NCBI RefSeq assembly: GCF_050920415.1
Contig: NZ_CP169309.1
Length of the DNA stretch: 64,000 bases
From: Escherichia coli
GTDB lineage: Bacteria; Pseudomonadota; Gammaproteobacteria; Enterobacterales; Enterobacteriaceae
Direction: 5' to 3' (one strand)
The notes under the pieces: generated by a model
Seen by the model: the letters and a program-made list of their open reading frames with translations, nothing else
Database searches by the model: none
Told to the model about the DNA's origin: nothing
Part shown: positions 40,092-50,077 of the stretch, one piece after another
Layout: each line of letters opens with the position of its first letter
How positions within the stretch are numbered: position 1 is the stretch's first letter
Position numbers and translations under genes: made by a program

Positions 40092-41261
40092 TTACTGGCG
40101 CTTATCCAGCGCGACAAACTGGCGGTCTTCAGGGCCAACATAATTGGCGGAAGGACGGATAATTTTGTTGTCCTGACGTTGTTCGATAATGTGCGCCGCC
40201 CAGCCGGTGACGCGGGCGATAACAAACAGTGGCGTGAACATCTCGGTGGGAACGCCCATCATGTTGTAGGAAACAGCGGAGAACCAGTCGAGATTGGGGA
40301 ACATTTTTTTGCTCTCCCACATTACCGTTTCCAGGCGATCGGCGATGTTGTACATCTTCAGCGAGCCGCCTTCCTGCGAGAGCTGCTTCGCCACTCGTTT
40401 AATCACCTGATGACGCGGGTCGGCGATGGTATAAACCGGATGCCCAAAACCAATCACCACTTCTTTGTTTTCAACCCGCTTGCGGATATCAGCTTCGGCT
40501 TCGTCCGGCGTTTCATAGCGTTGCTGGATCTCCAGCGACACTTCATTCGCCCCGCCGTGTTTCGGCCCGCGCAGTGCGCCAATCGCGCCGATAATGGCTG
40601 AATACATGTCAGAGCCGGTGCCCGCAATCACCCGGCTGGTAAAGGTGGAGGCGTTAAACTCGTGTTCGGCGTACAGCACCAGCGAAATATGCATCGCCTT
40701 TTCCCAGCTTTGCGACGGCTTTTCGCCGTGCAGCAAATGCAGGAAGTGACCGCCGATGGAGTCGTCATCGGTTTCCGGCTGGATGCGTTCGCCGTTGTGG
40801 CTGTAGTGATACCAGTAGAGAAGAATCGAGCTAAGCGACGCTAATAATTTGTCGGCAATATCCCGCGCGCCGGAAACGGTATGCCCCTCTTTTTCTGGCA
40901 GCGTGCAGCCGAGCGCGGAAACCCCGGTGCGCATAACATCCATCGGGTGCGACGCCGCTGGTAAGGCTTCCAGCACGGTACGCACGTTAGCCGGTAAACC
41001 GCGCAGGGCTTTCAGTTTTGTTTTGTAAGCGGCGAGTTCGTCACGGGTCGGCAGTTTGCCATGGATCAGCAGATGCGCCACTTCTTCAAATTCGCAATGT
41101 TCCGCCAGATCAAGAATATCGTAGCCGCGGTAATGCAGGTCATTGCCGCTTTTACCCACCGTACACAGCGCCGTATTGCCCGCCGGAACGCCAGAAAGTG
41201 CCACAGATTTTTTCGGTTTAATGACATGGGTACTGTTTTGCAGGATCGTTGTGTCGCTCAT
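40092..41261 (-). CDS. prpC: 2-methylcitrate synthase
   Basis: 389 aa citrate synthase family; matches PrpC. Confidence 0.96.
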   Translation of the reverse strand: MSDTTILQNSTHVIKPKKSVALSGVPAGNTALCTVGKSGNDLHYRGYDILDLAEHCEFEEVAHLLIHGKLPTRDELAAYKTKLKALRGLPANVRTVLEALPAASHPMDVMRTGVSALGCTLPEKEGHTVSGARDIADKLLASLSSILLYWYHYSHNGERIQPETDDDSIGGHFLHLLHGEKPSQSWEKAMHISLVLYAEHEFNASTFTSRVIAGTGSDMYSAIIGAIGALRGPKHGGANEVSLEIQQRYETPDEAEADIRKRVENKEVVIGFGHPVYTIADPRHQVIKRVAKQLSQEGGSLKMYNIADRLETVMWESKKMFPNLDWFSAVSYNMMGVPTEMFTPLFVIARVTGWAAHIIEQRQDNKIIRPSANYVGPEDRQFVALDKRQ

Positions 41262-41302
41262 GTTGTCCTCGTCATTGTTATCATTTGTAGGGTCGAGAAT
41301 GT

Positions 41303-41395
41303 TGTCGGATGCGACGCTATGCGTCTTATCCGACCTACAGTTCAGTTCATCCCGTAGGCCTGATAAGCCGCGTCAGCGGCGCATCAGGCATCGGT
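41303..41395. repeat. REP elements between prpC and prpB
   Basis: GTCGGATGCGACGCTATGCGTCTTATCCGACCTAC and GTAGGCCTGATAAGCCGCGTCAGCGGCGCATCAGGC. Confidence 0.8.
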
Positions 41396-41423
41396 TGTCG
41401 AATACAACCAACGGGCGTTTGTT

Positions 41424-42314
41424 TTATTTCGTCTGGCTACGGGCAAACAGGTCGTCGAGCTTTTCTTCGTACTGGTAGTAGTTAATGCTTTCATACAGCT
41501 CGTTGCGGGTCTGCATGGTGTCGATGACGCTTTTCTGCGTGCCTTCCTGGCGCAGGACATTGTAGACATGTTCAGCGGCGCGGTTCATTGCGCGGAAAGC
41601 AGAAAGGGGATACAGCGCCATTGCGACATGGGCGCTGCGTAATTCGTCGGTGGTAAACAGCGGCGTGGCACCAAATTCAGTAATGTTGGCAAGGATCGGC
41701 ACCTGCACCGCATCGGCAAACTGGCGGTACATGGCGAGTTCGGTAATTGCTTCCGGGAACAACATCTCGGCACCCGCTTCAACATAGGCCTGCGCACGCT
41801 CGAGCGCCGCATCCAGCCCTTCAACCGCCAGCGCATCGGTGCGCGCCATGATCACAAAATCAGGATCGGTTTTCGCATCCACCGCCGCGCGGATCCGATC
41901 CACCATTTCTTCTTTTGAAACGATCGCTTTGTTCGGACGATGTCCGCAGCGTTTTGCTCCAACCTGATCTTCAATATGTAAGCCCGCCGCACCGGCTTTA
42001 ATCATCGATTTCACGGTGCGGGCAACGTTAAAGGCCGAAGAGCCAAAACCGATATCCGCATCCACCAGCAGCGGCAGCGAGCAGACGTCGGTGATACGAC
42101 GAATATCAGTCAGCACATCATCAAGAGTAGAAATACCGAGATCCGGCAACCCCAGCGAACCTGCCGCCACACCACCGCCGGAGAGATAAATCGCCTGATA
42201 TCCGGCACGCTGCGCCAGCAGCGCATGGTTGGCGTTAATGGTGCCGACAATCTGCAATGGATTTTCTTTAGACAGTGCAGCGCGAAACGCTTTACCTGGA
42301 GAGTGTAGAGACAT
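41424..42314 (-). CDS. prpB: 2-methylisocitrate lyase
   Basis: 296 aa isocitrate lyase/PEP mutase family; matches PrpB. Confidence 0.96.
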   Translation of the reverse strand: MSLHSPGKAFRAALSKENPLQIVGTINANHALLAQRAGYQAIYLSGGGVAAGSLGLPDLGISTLDDVLTDIRRITDVCSLPLLVDADIGFGSSAFNVARTVKSMIKAGAAGLHIEDQVGAKRCGHRPNKAIVSKEEMVDRIRAAVDAKTDPDFVIMARTDALAVEGLDAALERAQAYVEAGAEMLFPEAITELAMYRQFADAVQVPILANITEFGATPLFTTDELRSAHVAMALYPLSAFRAMNRAAEHVYNVLRQEGTQKSVIDTMQTRNELYESINYYQYEEKLDDLFARSQTK

Positions 42315-42360
42315 AGCCCATCCTTTGTTATCAACTTGTTATTTACGTTGATAAACTCAG

Positions 42361-42376
42361 AGCAAGGGGTGTGCCA
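42361..42376 (-). promoter_or_regulatory. Sigma-54 (-24/-12) promoter of prpBCDE
   Basis: Reverse strand reads TGGCAC-ACCCC-TTGCT (GG-N10-GC spacing), 47 bp upstream of the prpB ATG. Confidence 0.8.
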
Positions 42377-42451
42377 CAATTACCTGGATGAAATTAAATG
42401 TTTTATTTCAATTTGTTATAGATAAAGCCATGAAGTAATCCGCAAATATGC

Positions 42452-42509
42452 GTTTCAGTTAACGTTTCAGGCAATGTTTCACTGCGTTTCATTGCAACAA
42501 TTATGAAAC
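42452..42509. promoter_or_regulatory. Phased GTTTCA repeats and inverted repeat GTTTCAT-N10-ATGAAAC (candidate enhancer-binding sites) in the prpR-prpB intergenic region
   Basis: GTTTCA at 42452, 42464, 42476 and 42486 (10-12 bp spacing); ATGAAAC at 42503-42509; 80-130 bp upstream of the sigma-54 promoter. Confidence 0.45.
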
Positions 42510-42552
42510 AAGACTAAACCCATTATTCGGTTTCTTAACTTTGCGGTGCGCT

Positions 42553-44139
42553 ATGGCACATCCACCACGGCTGAATGACGACAAACCGGTTATCTGGACG
42601 GTATCTGTAACGCGGCTGTTCGAGCTATTTCGCGATATCAGCCTCGAGTTTGATCACCTGGCAAACATTACTCCTATCCAGCTTGGCTTTGAAAAAGCAG
42701 TGACCTACATCCGCAAAAAACTGGCCAGCGAACGCTGCGACGCCATCATTGCCGCTGGCTCTAACGGTGCGTACCTGAAAAGCCGCCTGTCGGTACCGGT
42801 GATTCTGATAAAACCGAGTGGCTATGATGTGTTACAGGCACTGGCAAAAGCTGGAAAACTCACCTCTTCTATCGGCGTTGTCACCTATCAGGAAACCATT
42901 CCGGCACTGGTAGCGTTTCAAAAAACCTTTAATTTGCGCCTCGACCAACGTAGCTACATTACCGAAGAAGACGCACGTGGGCAGATTAACGAGCTAAAAG
43001 CCAACGGCACCGAAGCGGTGGTCGGCGCGGGGCTGATTACCGATCTGGCAGAAGAAGCCGGAATGACCGGAATTTTTATCTATTCTGCCGCCACCGTGCG
43101 CCAGGCATTTAGCGATGCGCTGGATATGACGCGCATGTCGTTACGCCATAATACTCACGATGCCACCCGCAACGCCCTGCGTACTCGTTACGTGCTGGGC
43201 GATATGCTCGGTCAATCACCACAGATGGAACAGGTACGGCAGACTATTTTGCTGTATGCCCGCTCCAGTGCGGCGGTGTTGATTGAAGGGGAAACGGGGA
43301 CGGGCAAAGAGCTGGCGGCCCAGGCGATTCATCGGGAATATTTTGCCCGCCACGATGCGCGACAGGGCAAAAAGTCACATCCGTTTGTTGCCGTCAACTG
43401 CGGGGCGATTGCTGAATCTCTGCTGGAAGCGGAGCTGTTTGGCTATGAGGAAGGGGCGTTTACCGGCTCGCGACGCGGAGGACGCGCCGGGCTGTTTGAA
43501 ATCGCCCACGGTGGCACGCTGTTTCTTGACGAGATAGGCGAAATGCCGCTGCCGTTGCAGACCCGGCTGCTGCGGGTGCTGGAAGAAAAAGAGGTCACCC
43601 GCGTCGGCGGGCATCAGCCTGTTCCGGTGGATGTGCGGGTTATTAGCGCCACTCACTGCAATCTCGAAGAGGATATGCAGCAAGGGCGTTTTCGCCGTGA
43701 TCTGTTTTATCGACTGAGTATTTTGCGTCTGCAATTGCCGCCGCTACGCGAGCGGGTGGCGGATATTCTGCCGCTGGCGGAAAGCTTTTTGAAAGTGTCA
43801 CTGGCGGCACTTACTGCGCCGTTTTCTTCCGCGTTACGTCAGGGATTACAGGCAAGTGAAACTGTGCTGTTGCGCTACAACTGGCCGGGAAATATTCGTG
43901 AACTGCGCAATATGATGGAACGACTGGCGCTATTTTTAAGTGTGGAACCGACGCCGGATTTAACGCCGCAATTTTTGCAGTTGCTACTGCCGGAACTGGC
44001 GCGCGAGTCGGCGGAAACTCCCGGTCCATGCTTACTGACGCCACAACAGGCACTGGAGAAATTTAATGGCGATAAAACAGCCGCGGCGAATTATTTAGGT
44101 ATCAGCCGAACGACATTCTGGCGGCGGCTGAAAAACTGA
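42553..44139 (+). CDS. prpR: Sigma-54-dependent activator of propionate catabolism
   Basis: 528 aa from ATG 42553 ([15 protein letters not shown]...); AAA+ sigma-54 interaction domain with GETGTGKE Walker A and GAFTG motif; C-terminal HTH. Confidence 0.95.
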   Translation: MAHPPRLNDDKPVIWTVSVTRLFELFRDISLEFDHLANITPIQLGFEKAVTYIRKKLASERCDAIIAAGSNGAYLKSRLSVPVILIKPSGYDVLQALAKAGKLTSSIGVVTYQETIPALVAFQKTFNLRLDQRSYITEEDARGQINELKANGTEAVVGAGLITDLAEEAGMTGIFIYSAATVRQAFSDALDMTRMSLRHNTHDATRNALRTRYVLGDMLGQSPQMEQVRQTILLYARSSAAVLIEGETGTGKELAAQAIHREYFARHDARQGKKSHPFVAVNCGAIAESLLEAELFGYEEGAFTGSRRGGRAGLFEIAHGGTLFLDEIGEMPLPLQTRLLRVLEEKEVTRVGGHQPVPVDVRVISATHCNLEEDMQQGRFRRDLFYRLSILRLQLPPLRERVADILPLAESFLKVSLAALTAPFSSALRQGLQASETVLLRYNWPGNIRELRNMMERLALFLSVEPTPDLTPQFLQLLLPELARESAETPGPCLLTPQQALEKFNGDKTAAANYLGISRTTFWRRLKN

Positions 44140-44140
44140 A

Positions 44141-44174
44141 ATGCCGAATCCAGCGCGAACGCCTTATCCGGCAT
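44141..44174. repeat. REP element after prpR
   Basis: ATGCCGAATCCAGCGCGAACGCCTTATCCGGCAT palindrome. Confidence 0.7.
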
Positions 44175-44236
44175 AAATTTCAATAGATGATCACCGATAA
44201 ACTTACGCATCGGGCATGTTTACATGGGGTGCAGAA

Positions 44237-44512
44237 TTATTTCTTCTTATAAATATTTGCCGTGCCGTGGATCTTATTGTCAGTTTGACCAGAGGTCAGC
44301 ACCAACACATCTGCCCCTTTTTCATCCGCTTTTTTGATCAGATCTTCTTTCGCATCTGCAGTCGACATTTCATTACTGGTTGAAATATCACCTATTTTTT
44401 CATATTGCGATGCAACTTTTTCAAATTCTGCTTTGGTCATTAATTCTGCGGCATAAACGTTGGTAACGGCAAACGCTAACGCACCGATTAACATTTTAGA
44501 GATTATTTTCAT
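44237..44512 (-). CDS. yahO: Periplasmic DUF1471-family protein YahO
   Basis: 91 aa with signal peptide [21 protein letters not shown]; matches YahO. Confidence 0.9.
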   Translation of the reverse strand: MKIISKMLIGALAFAVTNVYAAELMTKAEFEKVASQYEKIGDISTSNEMSTADAKEDLIKKADEKGADVLVLTSGQTDNKIHGTANIYKKK

Positions 44513-44696
44513 ATTACGGCTCCAGAGTTGTTATCAAACTATCACCCACCCATATTATTGGGCTGATTAATAATTAGTTCAGTCAGGGCATAAACGCCAG
44601 TAACCGGAAATAAGACACTTTGTGATCTCTCTCGCATCCGATTACTTTTTGTAGAAATATGATGAAGTTACTTCACTTATTTATGGATGAAATCAC

Positions 44697-45329
44697 ATGG
44701 ATCCCTTGCACGCCGTTTACCTGACCGTAGGACTGTTCGTGATGACTTTTTTTAATCCGGGAGCCAATCTTTTTGTGGTGGTACAAACCAGCCTGGCTTC
44801 CGGTCGACGCGCAGGAGTGCTGACCGGGTTGGGCGTGGCACTGGGCGATGCGTTTTATTCCGGGTTGGGTTTGTATGGTCTTGCGACACTCATTACGCAG
44901 TGTGAGGAGATTTTTTCGCTTATTAGAATCGTCGGCGGCGCTTATCTCTTATGGTTTGCGTGGTGCAGCATGCGCCGCCAGTCAACACCGCAAATAAGCA
45001 CACTACAACAACCGATTAGCGCCCCCTGGTATGTCTTTTTTCGCCGTGGATTAATTACCGATCTCTCTAATCCACAGACCGTTTTATTTTTTATCAGTAT
45101 TTTCTCAGTAACGTTAAATGCTGAAACACCAACTTGGGCACGTTTAATGGCCTGGGCGGGAATTGTGTTCGCATCAATTATCTGGCGAGTCTTTCTTAGT
45201 CAGGCGTTTTCTTTGCCCGCTGTGCGTCGTGCTTATGGGCGTATGCAACGCGTTGCCAGTCGGGTTATTGGTGCAATTATTGGTGTATTCGCGCTACGCC
45301 TGATTTACGAAGGAGTAACGCAGCGGTGA
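44697..45329 (+). CDS. yahN: LysE/RhtB-family amino acid exporter
   Basis: 210 aa, 6-TM LysE-type protein matching YahN; upstream ATGs at 44659/44662 are in a different frame here. Confidence 0.88.
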   Translation: MDPLHAVYLTVGLFVMTFFNPGANLFVVVQTSLASGRRAGVLTGLGVALGDAFYSGLGLYGLATLITQCEEIFSLIRIVGGAYLLWFAWCSMRRQSTPQISTLQQPISAPWYVFFRRGLITDLSNPQTVLFFISIFSVTLNAETPTWARLMAWAGIVFASIIWRVFLSQAFSLPAVRRAYGRMQRVASRVIGAIIGVFALRLIYEGVTQR

Positions 45330-45555
45330 GCAGATAATTTACTCTCTACGTAATCAACCTGATTTGCCGAATCCCGCTCATCGGCGATGATATCCCCCGT
45401 AATGCGTGGTCCTTATTTCCGATAAGTTTACTTGAGTCTTTAGCTTCCCATTTCAGCCCACTCTCCCCTGTGTGGGCTTTTTTCATTTGTCTGCTTCAGT
45501 GAGTAGCTGGCAATGCTCCATCCACTCTGCAAGGATGATAATAAGAGGATCTGAT

Positions 45556-45738
45556 TCAGAAGAGTTTTGAAAAATTGGACCGCCATCGAGGCCTCGAACC
45601 CCGTACCATACAACAATCCTGGTTGTCGTCTGCTCTTCCTGATGAGCTAATGGCGGTTTGTGATATGAGCCTTACAGCATATTGTCTGTCAGGCTTGAGT
45701 GCGATGCGTAAGATACAGAAAAGACCCCACACAAACAT
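45556..45738 (-). CDS. Small hypothetical protein (positionally equivalent to yahM)
   Basis: 60-codon ORF in an AT-rich gap between yahN and yahL; no recognisable domain; start uncertain. Confidence 0.25.
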   Translation of the reverse strand: MFVWGLFCILRIALKPDRQYAVRLISQTAISSSGRADDNQDCCMVRGSRPRWRSNFSKLF

Positions 45739-45958
45739 GATGGAATTATGAATTTTTTCATATGAATGTCAACCAACACATTCATAAAACATTCGCACAA
45801 GTTCACTTTTTAAGCAACATGACGCCGATCACAACAAAATATCGGCGAAAAAGGAGGGTAAATGCCATTTGACGTAGAGATAAGCAGATGAAATGATTAC
45901 CCGCTTTGCGATTCACTCTCTGATGGAATAACAAATTGGAGAGGGAAAAGTTTCTAAA

Positions 45959-46774
45959 CTAAAGAGTGTAGCGTATTTTAACGTGCTTATTTACAGGATA
46001 ATATTTGTCACCTAATTCCTGCACTCTATTAGATACCCATTGATTTAATCGTGCATCATCTCTGTATGTTTTCACGTTCAGAACGGAGAGCAATAACATC
46101 ACTAGCGATTCAGGAAAAACAGGGTAAAAATTTTTTAAGTGCAATAATAATTCATACGCAAGCGCCTGCTTAATAGGTGCGTCTGCGTCCGGAATGCGCG
46201 ACATTTCGCGAAGCCATTTTTCTACATGCTCACATTCTTTCCCTTCACGGAAAAGTCTCAACAAAGGCATATGGTGCTCAAGAAGAATGCATTTGCAATC
46301 TGTTCGTACTGAATCGATAAACTGCACTAATTTCTTAAGTCCGGTGAAGCGTCCGGCATGGATATTCTCTTTAATATCAAGAAACACGTCATCCTGATCA
46401 TATACCCAAACGGTCCCTTTTTGATTTTCAAGTATCCGAAAAACAAACTTAATCGGGTAATCAGGGTAATCCACCCAGTCATAAACTCCAGGGAAATCAT
46501 TAAACTGCACATTTATGGTAAGCGCATTGTCGGCTGCCCACTCGCAATCTCGTACGGCAGCCATGAGATAAATGAGTTTATCATCATCGACTAAATCATC
46601 ACGACAATCATAAGGATAATCATAGTATTGTTTAATCAAAACCTTGAATATATCGACACAAGAAACCAGTGTACTTCTGATATCTTCAGGTAACTGATTG
46701 TTTTTAACCGTATTGTGTACGCTTTGTTTCGTATATAGCAACAAATTATTGTGCGGCGCTTTTAATGATATCAT
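45959..46774 (-). CDS. yahL: Uncharacterized protein YahL
   Basis: 271 aa ORF matching YahL length and sequence as recalled; AT-rich codon usage. Confidence 0.85.
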   Translation of the reverse strand: MISLKAPHNNLLLYTKQSVHNTVKNNQLPEDIRSTLVSCVDIFKVLIKQYYDYPYDCRDDLVDDDKLIYLMAAVRDCEWAADNALTINVQFNDFPGVYDWVDYPDYPIKFVFRILENQKGTVWVYDQDDVFLDIKENIHAGRFTGLKKLVQFIDSVRTDCKCILLEHHMPLLRLFREGKECEHVEKWLREMSRIPDADAPIKQALAYELLLHLKNFYPVFPESLVMLLLSVLNVKTYRDDARLNQWVSNRVQELGDKYYPVNKHVKIRYTL

Positions 46775-47016
46775 TGCGATCTCTCTTAAATAAAAATAAA
46801 CGTCGCAGATAATAAAGCCCTGATTAAACCAGGCACTATCAGAAATCGCTCATAACTAATATATGCAGCATTGTGTACTGGAGGGAATTAATTTAACAAT
46901 TTGAATTTACGTTATAGATTTTACTGCTACTTAGATAGTATTTCGCCCTTCTTAACTAAAAAGTTAAGTGGAGGGCGAAATTAATATGTTAAATCATAGA
47001 GCATTTATTAATTTTT

Positions 47017-48066
47017 TCAGTCTGTTAGTGTGCGATTATCGATAACAAAACGATATTTCACATCACCACGTAGCATTCGCTCATAGGCTTCATTAATTTG
47101 ATCGGCCCGAATCATCTCTATATCAGCCACGATGCCATGTTCGGCGCAAAAATCGAGCATCTCCTGTGTTTCTGGAATGCCGCCAATCATAGAGCCGGCT
47201 ATCGCGCGGCGTTTCATGATCAGGTTGAAAACTTCCGGCGATTTATGCGGTGTCGCAGGCGCACCAACCAGCGTCATGGTGCCATCGCGCTTCAGCAAGG
47301 TGGTAAAATCGTCGAGATTATGTGGCGCAGCTACGGTATTCAAAATGAAATCGAAACTCTTCAGATGAGCCGCCATCTCATCGGCATTGCGTGAGTTAAC
47401 AACTTCATCGGCCCCCAGGGCTTTTGCCGCTTCGCGTTTTGACTCAGAAGTGGTAAATGCCACCACATGTGCCCCCATCGCGTGGGCCAGCTTAATCCCC
47501 ATATGTCCCAGACCGCCGATGCCAACCACGCCCACTTTTTTACCCGGCCCGGCCTGCCAGTGACGTAGCGGCGAGTATGTGGTGATCCCTGCACACAACA
47601 AAGGAGCCACCGCCGCCAGCTGCGCTTGCGGGTGACGAATACGCAGAACATATCGCTCATGAACGACGATCTGTTGTGAGTAGCCGCCCAGCGTATGGCC
47701 CGGTTCGTCCGGCGTCGGCGAGTTATAGGTGCCGGTCATGTGATCACAGTAGTTTTCCAGCCCATCTTCACACTCTTCGCAATGTTTACAACTGTCGACA
47801 ATGCAGCCGACACCGACCAGATCGCCCGGCGCATATTTTTCTACCTGATCACCAACGGCTACCACGCGCCCTACAATTTCATGGCCCGGCACGCAGGGAT
47901 AAACCGTCCCCGCCCACTCGGAACGCACCTGGTGGATATCGGAATGGCACACGCCACAGTAAGCGATTTCAATTTTGACATCATGCGGTCCCGGTTCACG
48001 CCGGGTGATATCCATCGGTTCAAGTGGTTGTTTAGCGGAATATGCACCAACAGCTTTGATCTTCAT
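47017..48066 (-). CDS. yahK: NADPH-dependent aldehyde reductase (zinc-type ADH)
   Basis: 349 aa; GHEIVG zinc ligand motif and GIGGLG Rossmann motif; matches YahK. Confidence 0.95.
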   Translation of the reverse strand: MKIKAVGAYSAKQPLEPMDITRREPGPHDVKIEIAYCGVCHSDIHQVRSEWAGTVYPCVPGHEIVGRVVAVGDQVEKYAPGDLVGVGCIVDSCKHCEECEDGLENYCDHMTGTYNSPTPDEPGHTLGGYSQQIVVHERYVLRIRHPQAQLAAVAPLLCAGITTYSPLRHWQAGPGKKVGVVGIGGLGHMGIKLAHAMGAHVVAFTTSESKREAAKALGADEVVNSRNADEMAAHLKSFDFILNTVAAPHNLDDFTTLLKRDGTMTLVGAPATPHKSPEVFNLIMKRRAIAGSMIGGIPETQEMLDFCAEHGIVADIEMIRADQINEAYERMLRGDVKYRFVIDNRTLTD

Positions 48067-48152
48067 TGTGTTTACTCCTGATTAGCTATATGTATTTGGC
48101 GATGACTGAAATGCCATCGCAGCAAAACGCGTCCATTGAATATAGCCAATAT

Positions 48153-49109
48153 TTAAACCACCCGATCCAGCCCCAACATGCCGCGAGCCTGAATGAAACA
48201 GAGCAGCAACGTTCCCCATAAGGCCATCGTCAGGTAGGGGCTTATCCCGAGAATATTGAAGCCGCTTTCAATAATTTGCAGAAGAAACAGCGCCAGCACC
48301 ATACCAATTATCCGCCCGCTGCCGCCGTCCGGATTAACCCCGCCGAGTACTGCCGCGAGGATTGACACCAGCAAGTACGATTCGCCATAAGAGGCCTTAG
48401 CCGAGTTGAGTTTCGACATCATCAAAAATGCCGCTACCGCACAAAGCAAGGCGGAAATGACATACACCCATATCAGCACCCGACGCGTGTTAATACCGGA
48501 GTAAAGTGTTGCTCGTTCATTAGAACCAATCAGATAAATGGATTTACCGAGCGGTGTTTTCTCCAGCAATATCCACAACCCCAGCGCCACTGCGGTAAAC
48601 AACCACATCGGTAGCGGAATACCGAACCACTGTGCATGATTCAACCACAGCACCCATGAGGGATAATTAGCAATGGCGCTACCGCCTGTCACCAGAATAT
48701 TTACTCCTTTGAGCAACGTCATCATCCCAAGCGTTGCAAGAATTGGCGACACTCGAATACCGGCAATCAATACGCCATTACATAAACCAATTATCACCGC
48801 CGCGCCAGCGCCCGCCAGCAGCGTAGCGACAACCGTAGCAATACCCGGTGGATACTGAGTCGCCACCCACGCCATCACCAGTGAACAGGCGTTAGCAGTG
48901 GCAATAATTGACAAGTTAATGCCACCGCAAAGCATGGTCACCGCCATAGCCAACGCCAGAATGCCCAGCACGGGCATTTGCGAAGCGACGGACTGGAAAT
49001 TACTTATCGACCAGAAAATCTCCGGCATAGTAATGCTGAAGGCGGCAACAGTTAGCACCAGCAGGCCGATCAAGTAAAACTCAACGTTATTACGCCACGA
49101 TTTTTTCAT
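48153..49109 (-). CDS. Carbohydrate ABC transporter permease (CUT2/RbsC-like), second of two
   Basis: About 318 aa multi-TM protein; start ATG 49109 overlaps the upstream permease stop (ATGA); accessory relative to K-12. Confidence 0.85.
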   Translation of the reverse strand: MKKSWRNNVEFYLIGLLVLTVAAFSITMPEIFWSISNFQSVASQMPVLGILALAMAVTMLCGGINLSIIATANACSLVMAWVATQYPPGIATVVATLLAGAGAAVIIGLCNGVLIAGIRVSPILATLGMMTLLKGVNILVTGGSAIANYPSWVLWLNHAQWFGIPLPMWLFTAVALGLWILLEKTPLGKSIYLIGSNERATLYSGINTRRVLIWVYVISALLCAVAAFLMMSKLNSAKASYGESYLLVSILAAVLGGVNPDGGSGRIIGMVLALFLLQIIESGFNILGISPYLTMALWGTLLLCFIQARGMLGLDRVV

Positions 49110-50077
49110 AGCAGACTCCGGTTCTGATGCTGACTCCACGCCGTGGCGCTAATGCTGGCAACGATGATGATGCCTGTGATCAATGTTTGCCAGTAAGACG
49201 AGACTCCCAATAAATTTAGCCCGTTTTGCATCACTGCCAACAACACCACGCCGAGCAAAGTACCGGTTAACGTGCCGCGCCCGCCGAGCAAACTAGTGCC
49301 GCCAAGCACCACCGCAGCCAGTACTGTCAGCTCATAACCCAGAAGAGAATCGGGGGCGACAGTCATCACCGTCCACGACTGCACTACACCCGCAGCACCA
49401 GACATCAATCCCATATAGCCGTAAACGAAAAGTTGCAGTTTCAGCACGCTAAAGCCGATGCGACTGGCTGATTCACGGTTCCCACCAAGGGCATAGATTT
49501 TGCGCCCCACACTGGTGAAATTCATGATAAATGCTGTTAGCAGCACCACCGTAATCATGGCGATCAGCGGCAGACCAAGGCCATAGTCATAGCCGTCAGC
49601 ATCGGTGTACTTGAACAACATTACCCCCTGCTCAAACCACGGCGGAAAGTCGTACAGCCACACACCTTTACTCAACCATAACAGCAGGCCATAGAAAATA
49701 TTCAGCGTCGAAATGGTGATGATGATAGAAGGCACCCGTAGGCGATTAACCAGTAAGGCGTTTATTAAGCCAAGTAAAATGCCGATGCCGCCCGCCAGGG
49801 CAAACGCGACAGCAAAGTTGCCACCCATTTTTTGTAGCAACAGCACCATGCCGTATTGCGCAATGATGGTCATTGCTGGAAACGAAATATCAATTCCACC
49901 GGAAATTAACACCACAAACAAACCACAGGCGAGAATAGTCAACATGGCATAGTTATTGGCGAGATCGTACAAATTACCGAATGTCAGAAACTCGTCGCTG
50001 CGCCAGGCAAGGCCGACAAACAGCCCCACAATCAGTAATGCCAGCCAGAATTCATGACGTTTTTTCAGTTCAGCCAT
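49106..50077 (-). CDS. Carbohydrate ABC transporter permease (CUT2/RbsC-like), first of two
   Basis: 323 aa multi-TM protein; overlaps the ATPase stop by 8 nt. Confidence 0.85.
   Translation of the reverse strand: MAELKKRHEFWLALLIVGLFVGLAWRSDEFLTFGNLYDLANNYAMLTILACGLFVVLISGGIDISFPAMTIIAQYGMVLLLQKMGGNFAVAFALAGGIGILLGLINALLVNRLRVPSIIITISTLNIFYGLLLWLSKGVWLYDFPPWFEQGVMLFKYTDADGYDYGLGLPLIAMITVVLLTAFIMNFTSVGRKIYALGGNRESASRIGFSVLKLQLFVYGYMGLMSGAAGVVQSWTVMTVAPDSLLGYELTVLAAVVLGGTSLLGGRGTLTGTLLGVVLLAVMQNGLNLLGVSSYWQTLITGIIIVASISATAWSQHQNRSLL

Noticed and set aside
42329-42342. IHF-like motif TATCAACTTGTTA near the prpB promoter
   Set aside because: Matches the WATCAANNNNTTR pattern but lies downstream of the sigma-54 -12 element, in the prpB leader rather than between enhancer and promoter, so it is unlikely to be the architectural site; left as unassigned.
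44659-44696. Upstream ATG ATG (MMKLLHLFMDEIT) as a longer yahN start
   Set aside because: Those ATGs are out of frame with the yahN body in this sequence; only the ATG at 44697 gives the full LysE-family protein.
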